Assembly (NCBI GenBank): GCA_001803315.1
Contig: MHBQ01000059.1
Span: 17,188 to 81,187 of the forward strand
Length of the DNA: 64,000 bases
From: Lentisphaerae bacterium RIFOXYC12_FULL_60_16
GTDB taxonomy: Bacteria > Verrucomicrobiota > Kiritimatiellia > UBA8416 > YA12-FULL-60-10
Direction: 5' to 3'
In this document: positions 22,854 through 33,200 of the stretch, piece by piece
How positions within the stretch are numbered: the stretch's first letter is position 1
Layout: each line of letters starts with the position of its first letter
The notes under the pieces: generated by a model
What the model was told of the DNA's origin: nothing
Databases searched by the model: none
Seen by the model: the letters and a program-made list of their open reading frames with translations, nothing else
Program-made: the position numbers and the translations under genes

Positions 22854-25031
22854 TCATATCAGCGCCTCCATGTCAAGGGCGGGATGCTGCTTCCTGCCCA
22901 GAAACTCCAGCAGTTCCTCGGCGGTCGTGGCGTCCGATTCGTCGGCAATCCGGTCCAGCAGATCGGGAACCCCCTCTTCCCGCGCGCGGACGGCGAACCG
23001 GTCGCCGTAAAAGGTCTTCAGTTGCTTCGGCATCCACACCAGGCGCTTCAGTCCGCCGTCGGCGGAAATGAACTTGCGGCTGAGCGCGTACAACCGGCCG
23101 ACCCCCAGGAAACCCGGGGTTTGATTCCCGCCGCCGACCGACCCGGCCAGCGTCGAGAATTTCATGCCGCAGGGCGTCATGCCCGGAAACTCGCGGTTGA
23201 CGATCATGAACCCGTTGCACTCGGGCACCAGCGCCAGAATGCACTCGAAACAACCGCAGGACGTCATCGGGTCTTCCATGAGCGAGTACAGGCTGACCTT
23301 CTCGATGGAGCGGTTGGAACTCTGGTAGACGAAGTCGTTGACCTCCCGCCATTGGCCTTTGACGGGATCGAGCGTCTGGGTCTTCTTAATGGGCTGATTG
23401 CCGCCCGTAGGATCGATTTCGTAGCCCACCTTGCCATCCAGCCAGCTTACGGCGCCGCAGAGGCCCAGGCGCTCGGGACTGATGATGCAGATGTGGTTCG
23501 GCGCGAAGGACTGGCAAAGCGAGCACGAATAGAATGTGTCCACGCTTTCGTCGGTCATGCCGAGCAGGCGTTCGTCGCGCTGCGCATACGTTTTGCGGGC
23601 ATCCGCCAGCGCGGCCTCGACCCGTTGCGGATCGGTGATGATCGTCACCTGCACCTTGTCCACGATCTTGCTGTACAGGTTGTGAATCTGGGCATGCACG
23701 ATCGTGCCGAGATGCCTCAGCCGGAACCCGGCGGCATAGGCGTCCTTGCTGATGCGCAGCCAGACGATGTCACGCTGGCCCATGTGGAACACGCCCATCG
23801 CGTAATTCATGAAGTCGTGGATCTTGCGTTCGATGAGCGGCTCGAAATCGGTGTGCATGGCCCGTCCGGCGATCTCCACCCACACGGCCAGCGGCAAGGC
23901 CCCGCCCTCCGGCACGGTATCGACGTCCGGGCCGATCAGGTCGATCTTGCCGTCCTCCACTTCGTCCATTTCCCGCATGCGGACGAACTCGAAGGCGGTG
24001 GAGTACTTGCCGCCGAATTCCACGCGCGTGTCTTCGCGCCGCACCCGTTCGCCCTCGAACGCGGCCGAGAAGGAAACCGGGATGTCGATTTTAGCCACGG
24101 AAACCTTGACGCCGCGGACCTCGATACAGCGGGGCACGAGGTTCTCGTGGTTCAGTTCATGCACCACGTGTTCGTAGGTGCAGATCCCGGTGGGCAGAAT
24201 CTGTGGAATGTCCGTGTCCGCGATGACGGGGAAGCCCATGTCGATCGCGCCGGCGCCGGTCGCGTACTTCTGATCGTCGACGGTTCCCAGCGCCAGCCCG
24301 AACGCGAACACCCGGTTCTTGCAGTATTCCAGGCAAGCGCGCGGGTTGCCGGGCTTGATGCCGCCGAAGGTGAGCGCGCCGCGGATGGCCCAGTTCAACG
24401 GGTAGATGCCGCTGAGGGTGTCACGCCCGTAGGGCACGATGTAGGAATCCCAGCCCATCTGCACCTTTTCCTGGAGCAACTGGTCAATGATGCTCACGCC
24501 GCCGGTCGAGGATCCGACGAACACCATGATGCTGCGCTTCTGGAATTCACGGACGATTCGTACGGCCGTCTTGCTGTCCGGCGCGGCCCCGAGGATCGCG
24601 GCAAATCCCGGCATGCGCCCATCCACCAACTGGATGCCCAGCGTGCGCAGGATCGTATCCGAAAAGAACCCGTTGCAGTCCGCCTGCGGTTCCTGTTCGT
24701 AGAGGTACCGCAAGACCATGATCACCTCCTCGGAAAGCAGGGTGGCGATGCCGGCGTCGAGAGCCGTGCCGAGATAGGGGAACCACAAGGCGTCGCTGGG
24801 GGCGGGCCCCAGCAAATCCCGGGCATGGTCGAGAACGGGTTTCATCTGGCCGAGCGTCTCGATCTTGATCCCCATCAAGGCGTGCGCCATCGGCAGATAG
24901 TAGGCCGTATCCGGAAATCCGACGGCTGCCGCTTCGCCCTTCTCTTGCAGGGCCTTCTCGTAGAATGTCGCGGCCTGACCATATATTTCGTGCCCGCCTC
25001 GAATGGCGGCGGCGGCTATGATTTTTGACAT
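22854..25031 (-). CDS. acsB: Acetyl-CoA synthase (bacterial CODH/ACS beta subunit, A-cluster)
   Basis: 725 aa containing the A-cluster region CGCFEC and the motif CSLCQSFAPNHICI. An RBS GAGAGGAAC precedes ATG 25031. Confidence 0.9.
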   Translation of the reverse strand: MSKIIAAAAIRGGHEIYGQAATFYEKALQEKGEAAAVGFPDTAYYLPMAHALMGIKIETLGQMKPVLDHARDLLGPAPSDALWFPYLGTALDAGIATLLSEEVIMVLRYLYEQEPQADCNGFFSDTILRTLGIQLVDGRMPGFAAILGAAPDSKTAVRIVREFQKRSIMVFVGSSTGGVSIIDQLLQEKVQMGWDSYIVPYGRDTLSGIYPLNWAIRGALTFGGIKPGNPRACLEYCKNRVFAFGLALGTVDDQKYATGAGAIDMGFPVIADTDIPQILPTGICTYEHVVHELNHENLVPRCIEVRGVKVSVAKIDIPVSFSAAFEGERVRREDTRVEFGGKYSTAFEFVRMREMDEVEDGKIDLIGPDVDTVPEGGALPLAVWVEIAGRAMHTDFEPLIERKIHDFMNYAMGVFHMGQRDIVWLRISKDAYAAGFRLRHLGTIVHAQIHNLYSKIVDKVQVTIITDPQRVEAALADARKTYAQRDERLLGMTDESVDTFYSCSLCQSFAPNHICIISPERLGLCGAVSWLDGKVGYEIDPTGGNQPIKKTQTLDPVKGQWREVNDFVYQSSNRSIEKVSLYSLMEDPMTSCGCFECILALVPECNGFMIVNREFPGMTPCGMKFSTLAGSVGGGNQTPGFLGVGRLYALSRKFISADGGLKRLVWMPKQLKTFYGDRFAVRAREEGVPDLLDRIADESDATTAEELLEFLGRKQHPALDMEALI

Positions 25032-25843
25032 GACCCGGTTCCTCTCGTTTCGCATGCTGCGTTCGTCAACACACCCGTCTTCGCGCGCCGACCGGTCAAC
25101 GCCCGCCGGCAGTCGGGGCAAGTTTCCAACGTTTCCACCGGGACCGCCGTTCGGCCCCTGAGCCCGGCCAGTTGTTTCGCGGCCGCGAACGGCGCGCCGC
25201 ACGCCCGGCAGCGCGTCAAGGCAAGCGGGGTGCGCAATTCACGCATGAGCCGCACGCCGCCCGCGTCCTCGGCATGGAGCGCCCCGGTCGGACACACGTG
25301 CACGCAGGCCCGGCAGCCGATGCACCGTTCCGAAGCGACGCCCAGCGGACTGGCAATCGCGCGCCGGCCGCCGCGGTTGGCGTACCCGATGGCCGATTGG
25401 CCGATCGCCTCCTTGCAGACGCGCACGCACAAGCCGCACAGGATGCAGCGTTCGTTCCGCGCCTCACCCTCCGGCAACGCCTGGCGGGGATGCCAGGCGC
25501 CGTATTCCTTCGCCAACGCCGCGAGCTGCGCGACGCCCGGACAGCGGGCCAGCAGCAACTCCAGGATGATCCGGCGCGTCTGCCGCACGCGCGGGCTGTC
25601 GGTTTCGACCACGTCGCCCTCCGAGGGCTGGTAGACGCACGACACGACCAGCTTCGATCGCTTGCCCCACGCGACCTCCACCACGCACAGGCGGCACGCG
25701 CCGTAAGGCAGAATGGCCTTATGGTCGCAAAGGGTCGGAATCGCGACGCCGCAACGCCGGGCGACGCCCAGCAGGGTTTCCTCCGGCGCGGCCTCCGCGG
25801 CGCGGCCGTTGATCGTCAGCGATTTTTGTTTGGCTTCGTTCAT
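25016..25843 (-). CDS. 2Fe-2S plus 2x[4Fe-4S] iron-sulfur protein resembling the N-terminal module of NuoG/HydA
   Basis: 2Fe-2S motif CDHKAILPYGACRLCVV. Two 4Fe-4S motifs follow (CILCGLCVRVC, CIGCRACVHVC). 275 aa. Confidence 0.7.
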   Translation of the reverse strand: MNEAKQKSLTINGRAAEAAPEETLLGVARRCGVAIPTLCDHKAILPYGACRLCVVEVAWGKRSKLVVSCVYQPSEGDVVETDSPRVRQTRRIILELLLARCPGVAQLAALAKEYGAWHPRQALPEGEARNERCILCGLCVRVCKEAIGQSAIGYANRGGRRAIASPLGVASERCIGCRACVHVCPTGALHAEDAGGVRLMRELRTPLALTRCRACGAPFAAAKQLAGLRGRTAVPVETLETCPDCRRALTGRRAKTGVLTNAACETRGTGSCQKS

Positions 25844-25854
25844 CGGTGCGTTTC

Positions 25855-28188
25855 CTACGTCACTTCCACGGCGTTGAACTTGCATGCGTCCAGGCACGCG
25901 CCGCACTTGATGCAACCCGACGGGTCGATCACGTGCCGTTTCTTCCGCTCGCCGGAAATCACGTGCACGGGGCATTTCCGGGCGCAGGCGGCGCAACCGG
26001 TGCATGCCTCGGGCAGTATCCGGAAGGTGATCAGCGCCTTGCAAACCTTGGCCGGGCACCGGTGTTCCTCCACGTGCGCGCGATACTCCTCGGAAAAATG
26101 CCGGAGGGTGCTTAAGACCGGGTTGGGAGCCGAGCCGCCGAGGGCGCACAGCGAGCCGTCCACCGTGGTTTGGGCCAGTTCCCGCAACCGATCGATGGCG
26201 CCCGGCCCGGCGCGCCCCGCGCAGATATCGTTGAGGATGTCGAGCATGCGGCGGATGCCCTCGCGGCAGGGCACACACTTCCCGCAGGATTCCTCCTGCA
26301 GGAACGCCAGGAAATAACGGGCCACGTCCACCATGCAGGAGGTCTCGTCCATCACGATCAGCCCCCCCGACCCCATCATTGAGCCCGCCTGCGCGAGTTC
26401 GTCGAAGCCGATGGGCAGATCGAGCAGGGACTCCGGCAGACAGCCGCCGGACGGCCCGCCCGTCTGCACGGCCTTGAATGCCCTGCCGTCCGGTATGCCG
26501 CCGCCGATCGCGAAGATCAGTTCGCGCAACGGCATGCCCATCGGCACTTCCACCAGACCCGTGTTCACCACCTTGCCGACCAGCGAGAAAATCTTCGTCC
26601 CCTTCGAGGTGGCGGAACCGATGGACGCATACCAGTCGGCCCCGCGGGCGACGATCAAGGGGACGTTGGCCCACGTTTCGACGTTGTTCAGCGTGGTGGG
26701 CCGGTTCCACAGGCCGTTTTCGACGGTGTGGATGTATTTCGCGCGCGGCTCGCCGGGTTTTCCCTCCAGGGACGCCATCAGCGCGGTGGACTCGCCGCAC
26801 ACGAACGCCCCGCCGCCCCGCACCACCCGGATGTCGAAATCGAAACCCGAGCCGAGGATGTCACGGCCCAGGAATCCACGCTCCCGGGCCTGCTCCACGG
26901 CCACCTTGATATGTTTGACCGCCAGGGGATACTCGTCGCGGACATACACATAGCCCTCGCTGGCGCCGATGGCAAACGCCCCGATCGCCATGCCTTCGAT
27001 CACCCGGTGCGGATTGCCTTCCAGCAGGGCACGGTCCATGAATGCGCCCGGGTCGCCCTCGTCGGCATTGCAGACGACGTACTTGGGATGACCATGCGCC
27101 CGGCGGCAGGTGGCCCACTTGCGGCCGGTGGGGAACCCGCCGCCCCCGCGACCGCGCAGGCCCGATTGTTCAATCATCCCGATGATCTGGTCGGGCGGCA
27201 ACCTGAAAGCCTTGGCCAGCGCCTGGTACCCGCCGCATCGTTCCACGTAGTGGGCCAGGTTCGTGGGCGAAATGAAACCGTTGTCGCCCAGCAGGACCCG
27301 TTGCTGCTTCGCATAGAACGGGATATCCATCTCCTTGACGATCGCCTGGTTAGAGGCTGCGTCCCGGTACAGGAATGGCTCGACGATCCTTCCGCCGACG
27401 ACCGTTTCGCGCACGATGGCCGGAACAGCATCGACGGTGACTTTCTGGTAGAATATGTTCTCCGGGCGCACCATGACGAGGGGGCCGCGCTCGCAAAATC
27501 CGGGGCAACCGCACTGGACAAAATCAACCTTCGAACGAATGTTCAACCGGTCCAGTTCGTTCAGCACCGCCGTGGCCACGGCCTCGCAGCCGTATGCCTG
27601 GCAGCCCGTACCGCCACAAACCGCGATTCCGACTTCGGTCGTCATCAACCGCGTCACGTCGAGGGGCATATCCTCCGCCGCCGCTTTCGTGCCCGGCCCG
27701 TCAACCGGAACCGGCTCGCGGTCCACGTTATCCAGCAGGATTTTCACGGCGGCCGGCGATGTCTGGTGATAGCGGCCATCGACGACCACCACGGGACCCA
27801 GCGCGCAGCACCCAAGACAGTTCACGGTTTCGAGCGTGAAACGCCCGTCCGCGGTGGTCCCGCCCGGCTCCACATCCAGCAACCGGACGAGTTCGCCGAG
27901 AACCCGGGGCGCACCACGCACGTGACAGGCTGTGCCGGCACAGACTTTGACGATATGCCGGCCCCGCGGCTTGAGGCTGAACGCGGTGTAAAACGTGGCG
28001 ACGTGGTAAACCTCCGCGAGCGGCACATCGAGCCGCTCCGATGCCATCCGCAGCGAATCCCCGGGAAGATAACCGAGTTCCGCGTTCACGTCCTGGAGCA
28101 CACCGATCAGCGAGGAGCGCGCGGGCTCGTGCCGGCTCAACGCCTTGTCCAGGGCGGCTTCGATCTGGATGGTGGTGGGAAGACTCAT
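25855..28188 (-). CDS. NuoE-NuoF fusion flavoprotein (thioredoxin-like 2Fe-2S, then FMN/NAD(H) 51-kDa domain, then 2x[4Fe-4S] ferredoxin tail)
   Basis: The N-terminus has the NuoE 2Fe-2S motifs (CAGTACHVRG, CLGCCALGP). The NuoF core follows (GRGGGGFPTGRKW, ESCGKCVPCREG). The C-terminus has CTGCAACARKCP and CIKCGACLDAC. 777 aa. Confidence 0.85.
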   Translation of the reverse strand: MSLPTTIQIEAALDKALSRHEPARSSLIGVLQDVNAELGYLPGDSLRMASERLDVPLAEVYHVATFYTAFSLKPRGRHIVKVCAGTACHVRGAPRVLGELVRLLDVEPGGTTADGRFTLETVNCLGCCALGPVVVVDGRYHQTSPAAVKILLDNVDREPVPVDGPGTKAAAEDMPLDVTRLMTTEVGIAVCGGTGCQAYGCEAVATAVLNELDRLNIRSKVDFVQCGCPGFCERGPLVMVRPENIFYQKVTVDAVPAIVRETVVGGRIVEPFLYRDAASNQAIVKEMDIPFYAKQQRVLLGDNGFISPTNLAHYVERCGGYQALAKAFRLPPDQIIGMIEQSGLRGRGGGGFPTGRKWATCRRAHGHPKYVVCNADEGDPGAFMDRALLEGNPHRVIEGMAIGAFAIGASEGYVYVRDEYPLAVKHIKVAVEQARERGFLGRDILGSGFDFDIRVVRGGGAFVCGESTALMASLEGKPGEPRAKYIHTVENGLWNRPTTLNNVETWANVPLIVARGADWYASIGSATSKGTKIFSLVGKVVNTGLVEVPMGMPLRELIFAIGGGIPDGRAFKAVQTGGPSGGCLPESLLDLPIGFDELAQAGSMMGSGGLIVMDETSCMVDVARYFLAFLQEESCGKCVPCREGIRRMLDILNDICAGRAGPGAIDRLRELAQTTVDGSLCALGGSAPNPVLSTLRHFSEEYRAHVEEHRCPAKVCKALITFRILPEACTGCAACARKCPVHVISGERKKRHVIDPSGCIKCGACLDACKFNAVEVT

Positions 28189-28191
28189 GGA

Positions 28192-28707
28192 TCAGGTTCC
28201 GTCCGTGGCTCGCTCGATTTGCAGCAGATAGGCGCCTCGTTTTTCGCGCGCGACCTGGTCCAGGCTCTTGAACTCCAGGGCCCTGACGGGACACGCCTCC
28301 ACGCAAGCCGGCAGTTCACCGCGCTCGACCCGCTCGTAACACTGGTCGCACTTGATGATCGCCCGCGCATGCCGGTCCATCCGGATGACCCCGAACGGGC
28401 AGGCCAGCACGCAGGCATGGCAGCCGACGCATTGATCATGATCAATCAGCACGGGGAGTTCCGGATCGGTCCGGTGCAGCGCTTGCGTGGGACACACCGC
28501 CACGCACGGCGCATCCTCACATTGCCGGCATTGAAGCGGCACGGCGAACCCGTCGCCTTGCTCGACCGAGACGCGCGACGCCGGGGGCGGTGTCTCGTGA
28601 ATCGCCGATTCGAGTCGTTGGGACTTCGCGTGCTCCACGGCGCAAGCCAGTTCACACGTCTTGCAGCCCTGGCAGCGGTCCACCTTGACGACTATGGCGC
28701 CTTTCAT
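28192..28707 (-). CDS. cooF: CooF/HycB-like polyferredoxin (4x 4Fe-4S)
   Basis: Multiple CxxCxxCxxxCP motifs. The ATG at 28707 gives a 171-aa protein. The ORF overlaps the nuoEF start. Confidence 0.75.
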   Translation of the reverse strand: MKGAIVVKVDRCQGCKTCELACAVEHAKSQRLESAIHETPPPASRVSVEQGDGFAVPLQCRQCEDAPCVAVCPTQALHRTDPELPVLIDHDQCVGCHACVLACPFGVIRMDRHARAIIKCDQCYERVERGELPACVEACPVRALEFKSLDQVAREKRGAYLLQIERATDGT

Positions 28708-28762
28708 GATGGTTAAGCTCCCTCGCGTTCGTTCGACTGGCGGATGGTCGGGTGTTGGCCGT

Positions 28763-30802
28763 TCATGATCGTTTCCCCGCGCATCCCCGCGCCGGTTGCG
28801 CCGGGCCCGGATCGGGCCGTTCCGCGCGCGCGGCCGTTTCCGGGGCCGCCGTCGGGGCATCCTTCCCGTCTGTCAGAAACGACGCGGCGTACATCAATGG
28901 CCGCAACTTCAGGGCGGCCCGCTTTTTGTCCATGTGCGCCATCATCAGGTGGGCCGCCTTGATGGGATCGTCCTCGAAGTTGAACTTGCCCCCGACGATG
29001 GCCTCGATATCCTCCGTCAGAAACCGGGTCAGCACCGGGCTGCCGAGCACCCGCATGGCCGGGCTGTAGTTCACGTAGGCGCCGGAGGCGACGCAGTAGA
29101 ACCCGATCGCGATGGCCTTTTCGCACATGGCCTCGGGCGCCGCGCCCGCGATGGGCAGGTCGGAAAGTTTGTCCCCCAGGCCGCCCTCCTTGATCATCTC
29201 GCACAAGGCGACGAGGATGCGGCTGTTGTCCACGCACGAGCCCAGGTGCAGCACCGGCGGGATGCCGACCGCCTCGCAGATTTCACGCAGGCCGGCGCCC
29301 GCCCATTTTTCAGCCGCTTCGGGCTGAAGCAACCCGGCCTTGGCGCAGGCGGTGGCGGCGCAACCGGTCATGACGACGAGCACGTCGTTGGCCAGGAGTT
29401 CCTTGACCATTTTCAAGTGGCTGTCGTCCTGCGTCTTTTTCACCGTGTTGCAGCCGATGACGGCCGCCACGCCGCGCAGGCGTCCCGAAATGATGCCGTC
29501 ATTGAGCGGCCGGAATGTCGAGCGGTATCGCCCGCCAAGGTGCTGGAACGTGTTCTGCACCGTGAAACCGGCCACCAAATCCGTCTTTCCAGCCGGAATG
29601 TCGACCACGCGGCGATTGGGAAAATTCTCGATCGCCGTCCGCACGATCCGACGGGCGATGTCATAGGCCTGCGCCTCGTCGAACGGGATGTGTTCAGCGC
29701 CCGGAATGCGGGCCTTCTTGCTGGTGGTGATGACCTTGGTGTGGAACTTCTCCGCGTGCTCGACCAGGGCCGGCATGATGCACTGTACGTCCACGAGCAT
29801 CACATCCACCGCGCCCGTGGCCAGCGCCAGCTCCTGGTGCAGGAAATTCCCGACCACCGGCGCGCCCTGGCGCATGAGGATTTCGTTGGCGGTGCAGCAG
29901 ATGCCGCCGACCAGAATCCCCTTGGCGCCCTTGGACGCGGCGAGGTCCAGCAGTTCCTTGTCCCGGCTGGCGGCCACGACCATCTCGGACAGCGTCGGTT
30001 CGTGACCATGGACCACGATGTTGACTTCGTCGGCCTTCAGGACGCCGAGATTCACCTGGCTGCGTACCGGCTTGGGCGAGCCGAAGAGAATGTCGCCGAA
30101 ATCGGTCGCCAGCATCGCCCCGGCCCACCCATCGCCCATGGATGTCCGCAGGCCGTGCATGATGAGGTTCACATAATCGGCATCCACGCCCTCGTGCGTG
30201 CGGTGCAGGGTTTCCACGATCTCGTGTTCGACGCCGACGGGCAGGATGCCCCGCTCGCGCCAGTTCTTGACCGTGGCTTCGGGGGCGCGCAGGGCGGGGT
30301 AACGGATCTCGCCCTCCTGGTTGTTGAATTCCCGGAGCGCCGCATCGGCCATCTCGATCGCCACGTCCGCAATTTCCCGGCCCTCCGTTTTGACGCCCCA
30401 TTCCTTCGCCAGATCCAGGAGGCGCTGGGGGTCCTTAATCGAGTATCCCTGCGCTTTGCCCTGGGCCGCGAGCCGCAGGGTTTTGACCACGTCGTGGCCG
30501 TGGTCCGAGTGGGCGGCGACGCCGGCGGCCACCTGGCGGATCAGGTGCCGCGCGGCGATCGTCTCCGCCGTGGCGCCGCAAACGCCGCGCCGCGGACCTT
30601 CGCCCGGAAACGGATTGATCCGGCAAGGCCCCATGTCGCAGATCCGGCAGCACAGGCCCAGATTGCCGAAACCGCATCGCGGTTCCTGATCGGCATGGCG
30701 GCTGTAGGCGGTCTCCATGCCGGCATCCTGGGCCTTCTTCAGGACTTCCCGCGCAACCGGATCGGCGCTCTGTTTTTCCATCGACTCACTCGTTGTCGTC
30801 AT
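28763..30802 (-). CDS. cooS: Ni,Fe carbon monoxide dehydrogenase catalytic subunit
   Basis: The N-terminal cluster motifs are CGFGNLGLCCRICDMGPCRI. The conserved C-cluster region is present (GICCTANE, HLGSCVDNSR). ATG 30802 follows GAGGGAAG. Confidence 0.9.
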   Translation of the reverse strand: MTTTSESMEKQSADPVAREVLKKAQDAGMETAYSRHADQEPRCGFGNLGLCCRICDMGPCRINPFPGEGPRRGVCGATAETIAARHLIRQVAAGVAAHSDHGHDVVKTLRLAAQGKAQGYSIKDPQRLLDLAKEWGVKTEGREIADVAIEMADAALREFNNQEGEIRYPALRAPEATVKNWRERGILPVGVEHEIVETLHRTHEGVDADYVNLIMHGLRTSMGDGWAGAMLATDFGDILFGSPKPVRSQVNLGVLKADEVNIVVHGHEPTLSEMVVAASRDKELLDLAASKGAKGILVGGICCTANEILMRQGAPVVGNFLHQELALATGAVDVMLVDVQCIMPALVEHAEKFHTKVITTSKKARIPGAEHIPFDEAQAYDIARRIVRTAIENFPNRRVVDIPAGKTDLVAGFTVQNTFQHLGGRYRSTFRPLNDGIISGRLRGVAAVIGCNTVKKTQDDSHLKMVKELLANDVLVVMTGCAATACAKAGLLQPEAAEKWAGAGLREICEAVGIPPVLHLGSCVDNSRILVALCEMIKEGGLGDKLSDLPIAGAAPEAMCEKAIAIGFYCVASGAYVNYSPAMRVLGSPVLTRFLTEDIEAIVGGKFNFEDDPIKAAHLMMAHMDKKRAALKLRPLMYAASFLTDGKDAPTAAPETAARAERPDPGPAQPARGCAGKRS

Positions 30803-30804
30803 GG

Positions 30805-31623
30805 TCACTCTCGCTTCCCTCGTATGTCGTCCGGTCCGTCGGAACCGCTTTTCCCCTTCGGGGTATTTTCCAGAACATCCACCAGGGTTTCGACCGCCCG
30901 TTCCATCTCCGTGCTGGAGCCCCACGCCGACCGGCCAGCGGCTTCCGCCGCGCGGATCCGATCGTCAAACGGGAGCAATCCCAAGAAATCCAGGCCGGGC
31001 AGCGCCTCCTTCAGGTAGTCCGCGTCCTGTCCGGAACGAACCTTGTTTCCCACCACGCCGATTTGCCGCAGCCCGATGTCGAACGCCATGGTTTGGATCC
31101 GCAACGCGGTTTCCACGCTGCGCCGGCCGGGTTCCACCACCATCAGCAGACGATCGACGCTGCCGAGCGTGCCCCGGCTCAGATGCTCGATGCCGGCCTC
31201 CATGTCGAGTACCAGGGCCGTCTCCGCATCCATGAACAGATGCGAGATGAGCGCCCGTAACAGGGTGTTTTCCGGGCAGTAGCAACCCGACCCGCCCTTC
31301 TTGACCGCCCCGACGACCAGGAGCTTGATGCCCCCCACATCCACGGCGTAACGCTCCGGGATATCGGCGACGAACGGATTGAGTCGAAACATGCCGCCGG
31401 TCGTGCCGGGACTGACCCCGGTTCGTTCCTCGATGAGTTCGCGCCATTCGATCAGGGGGCGCACGGTTTCGGGATGCGGATGACCCAGGCACGCGGCGAG
31501 GTTGGAATCGGGGTCCGCGTCAATGGCGATTACCTTCCGTCCGCGCGCGGCCAGTGTCCGCGCCAGCAACGCGCTCACGGTGGTCTTGCCGACACCGCCT
31601 TTTCCCGTCACGGCGAGTTTCAT
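30805..31623 (-). CDS. cooC: CODH nickel-insertion accessory ATPase
   Basis: Deviant Walker A GKGGVGKTT, a CYC motif, 272 aa. Confidence 0.85.
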   Translation of the reverse strand: MKLAVTGKGGVGKTTVSALLARTLAARGRKVIAIDADPDSNLAACLGHPHPETVRPLIEWRELIEERTGVSPGTTGGMFRLNPFVADIPERYAVDVGGIKLLVVGAVKKGGSGCYCPENTLLRALISHLFMDAETALVLDMEAGIEHLSRGTLGSVDRLLMVVEPGRRSVETALRIQTMAFDIGLRQIGVVGNKVRSGQDADYLKEALPGLDFLGLLPFDDRIRAAEAAGRSAWGSSTEMERAVETLVDVLENTPKGKSGSDGPDDIRGKRE

Positions 31624-33200
31624 GCGGTGGGTCCTTTCGGTTCCGTCCCCAGGGCCGGAGTCGTCGCGCCGGCGCCATGGTCCCGCCCGAGATAATAGTT
31701 CGCCCACGCGGAGGTGTACTGCAGTTCCGTCTTGCGGGGAGGCGTATAGCGGCCCCTCAGTTCGTCCAACCGGCCGACGTGCTTCAGACGGTCGTACACG
31801 ATCGTCCAGACGCACCGGCGATCGTCGGGAAACACTTCGCACATCCCGTCGCGGCTTCCCCCGCACGGACCGTTGCGCTGTTGCTTGGCGCACTTTCCCT
31901 GGGGACAGCAGTAGGCCATGTCCGGCAGCGCGCAATCGCCGCAGTCCCGGCAGTCGAAGGTCAGGAACTTGAGAAGATACTCGGCGAAATGGGACGCCCG
32001 CGCCATGATCGAGCGTTCGCCGATTGCCCGGTAGTACCGCGTCATCAGCCGGCAACCGAGCCCGCGTCGATCGAACACCGCCCGGTGCATCCCCCGCGCG
32101 AAGGTGTACTTCAGCGAGCGTCTTCCCCTGCCGAACGAAGGAACGGGATCGGCATCCGGCGGCGCCGGACGATACGATGGCGGAGGCGGAAAGGCATAGA
32201 ATTCGCCGTCCCGGCTGAAGGATACTTCCGGAACAAATTCCTCCCAGTGCGGCGCGATCGCCGCGGCGCGTTCGACGATGAACCGGAAATCCTGCGTCTT
32301 GAGGGCAAACCCGCCGATATGCACCCCCTGGAACCCCATTCCCCGGAACATGGCCACCATCCTGGCGGCGCGTTCCAGGCGTTTCCCCTTGCCCTTGTCC
32401 GGATCCCGGGACTCGGCTTCGAGCACGCGCAGCAGATCGTCCGTGACCACGCATCCGGGCACCAGTCCCGCATGCATCGTCTTGGCCGCGCCCAGGCTCA
32501 ACACGTACACGTTGCCGATGATCGGGACGCGGAGTCCGCGGCTATCCACATAACGCTTCACTTCGAGAAACTTCCGCATATCGTAGCCAAGCTGGGTAAT
32601 CACGAAGTCCGCGCCGGCCGCAATCTTTTTTTCCAACTTGAAAAACTGCGGCATCAGTTCCTGCTCCGAGCGCTTGAAGGGTGAAACCGCGGCACCCACG
32701 AAACAATCGGTGGACGGAAGCCGGATGGTGGTTCCCTTCTTCGCCCCGGGCACCTCGAGGCCGGCATTCATGGCCTTCACGTACTTGATGGCCTGAACGG
32801 CATCGAGGTCGAATACGCCGGCCGCGTTTCCTTCGAATCCGCCGGAGGTGTAGTCGCCCGTGACGACCAGGAGATTGTTGACCCCCGCCCTGGACAGCGC
32901 CATCACCCGCGACTCCACGGCATTACGATTCAGATCCCGGCAGGAAAAGTGCACGATCGCTTCCAACCCGCAGGCCTGGATTGCCGGCGCAAGCGCATCG
33001 GGCATGATGGCGGGATTCCCGCCCGGGTTGTCGGTCAGGCTGACGGCGTGAATGCGCGGCCCCGACGTTCCCACCTCGCGGGCAAAGCCGAGCGCGGCAT
33101 CCACGCTCGCTCCCTCCTTGCCGCGGCCCGGAACGAATTCGCAGGTGATGACAAATTCGTCGTGTTTAAGCGCATCCCGAAACATGTTGTTTGTCTCCAC
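31620..33200 (-). CDS. metF: Methylenetetrahydrofolate reductase fused to a C-terminal MetV-like zinc-ribbon domain
   Basis: The N-terminal ~300 aa form the MTHFR TIM barrel. The C-terminal Cys-rich region is CRDCGDCALPDMAYCCPQGKCAKQQRNGPCGG (MTHFR_C/MetV-like). Confidence 0.8.
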   Translation of the reverse strand: METNNMFRDALKHDEFVITCEFVPGRGKEGASVDAALGFAREVGTSGPRIHAVSLTDNPGGNPAIMPDALAPAIQACGLEAIVHFSCRDLNRNAVESRVMALSRAGVNNLLVVTGDYTSGGFEGNAAGVFDLDAVQAIKYVKAMNAGLEVPGAKKGTTIRLPSTDCFVGAAVSPFKRSEQELMPQFFKLEKKIAAGADFVITQLGYDMRKFLEVKRYVDSRGLRVPIIGNVYVLSLGAAKTMHAGLVPGCVVTDDLLRVLEAESRDPDKGKGKRLERAARMVAMFRGMGFQGVHIGGFALKTQDFRFIVERAAAIAPHWEEFVPEVSFSRDGEFYAFPPPPSYRPAPPDADPVPSFGRGRRSLKYTFARGMHRAVFDRRGLGCRLMTRYYRAIGERSIMARASHFAEYLLKFLTFDCRDCGDCALPDMAYCCPQGKCAKQQRNGPCGGSRDGMCEVFPDDRRCVWTIVYDRLKHVGRLDELRGRYTPPRKTELQYTSAWANYYLGRDHGAGATTPALGTEPKGPTA

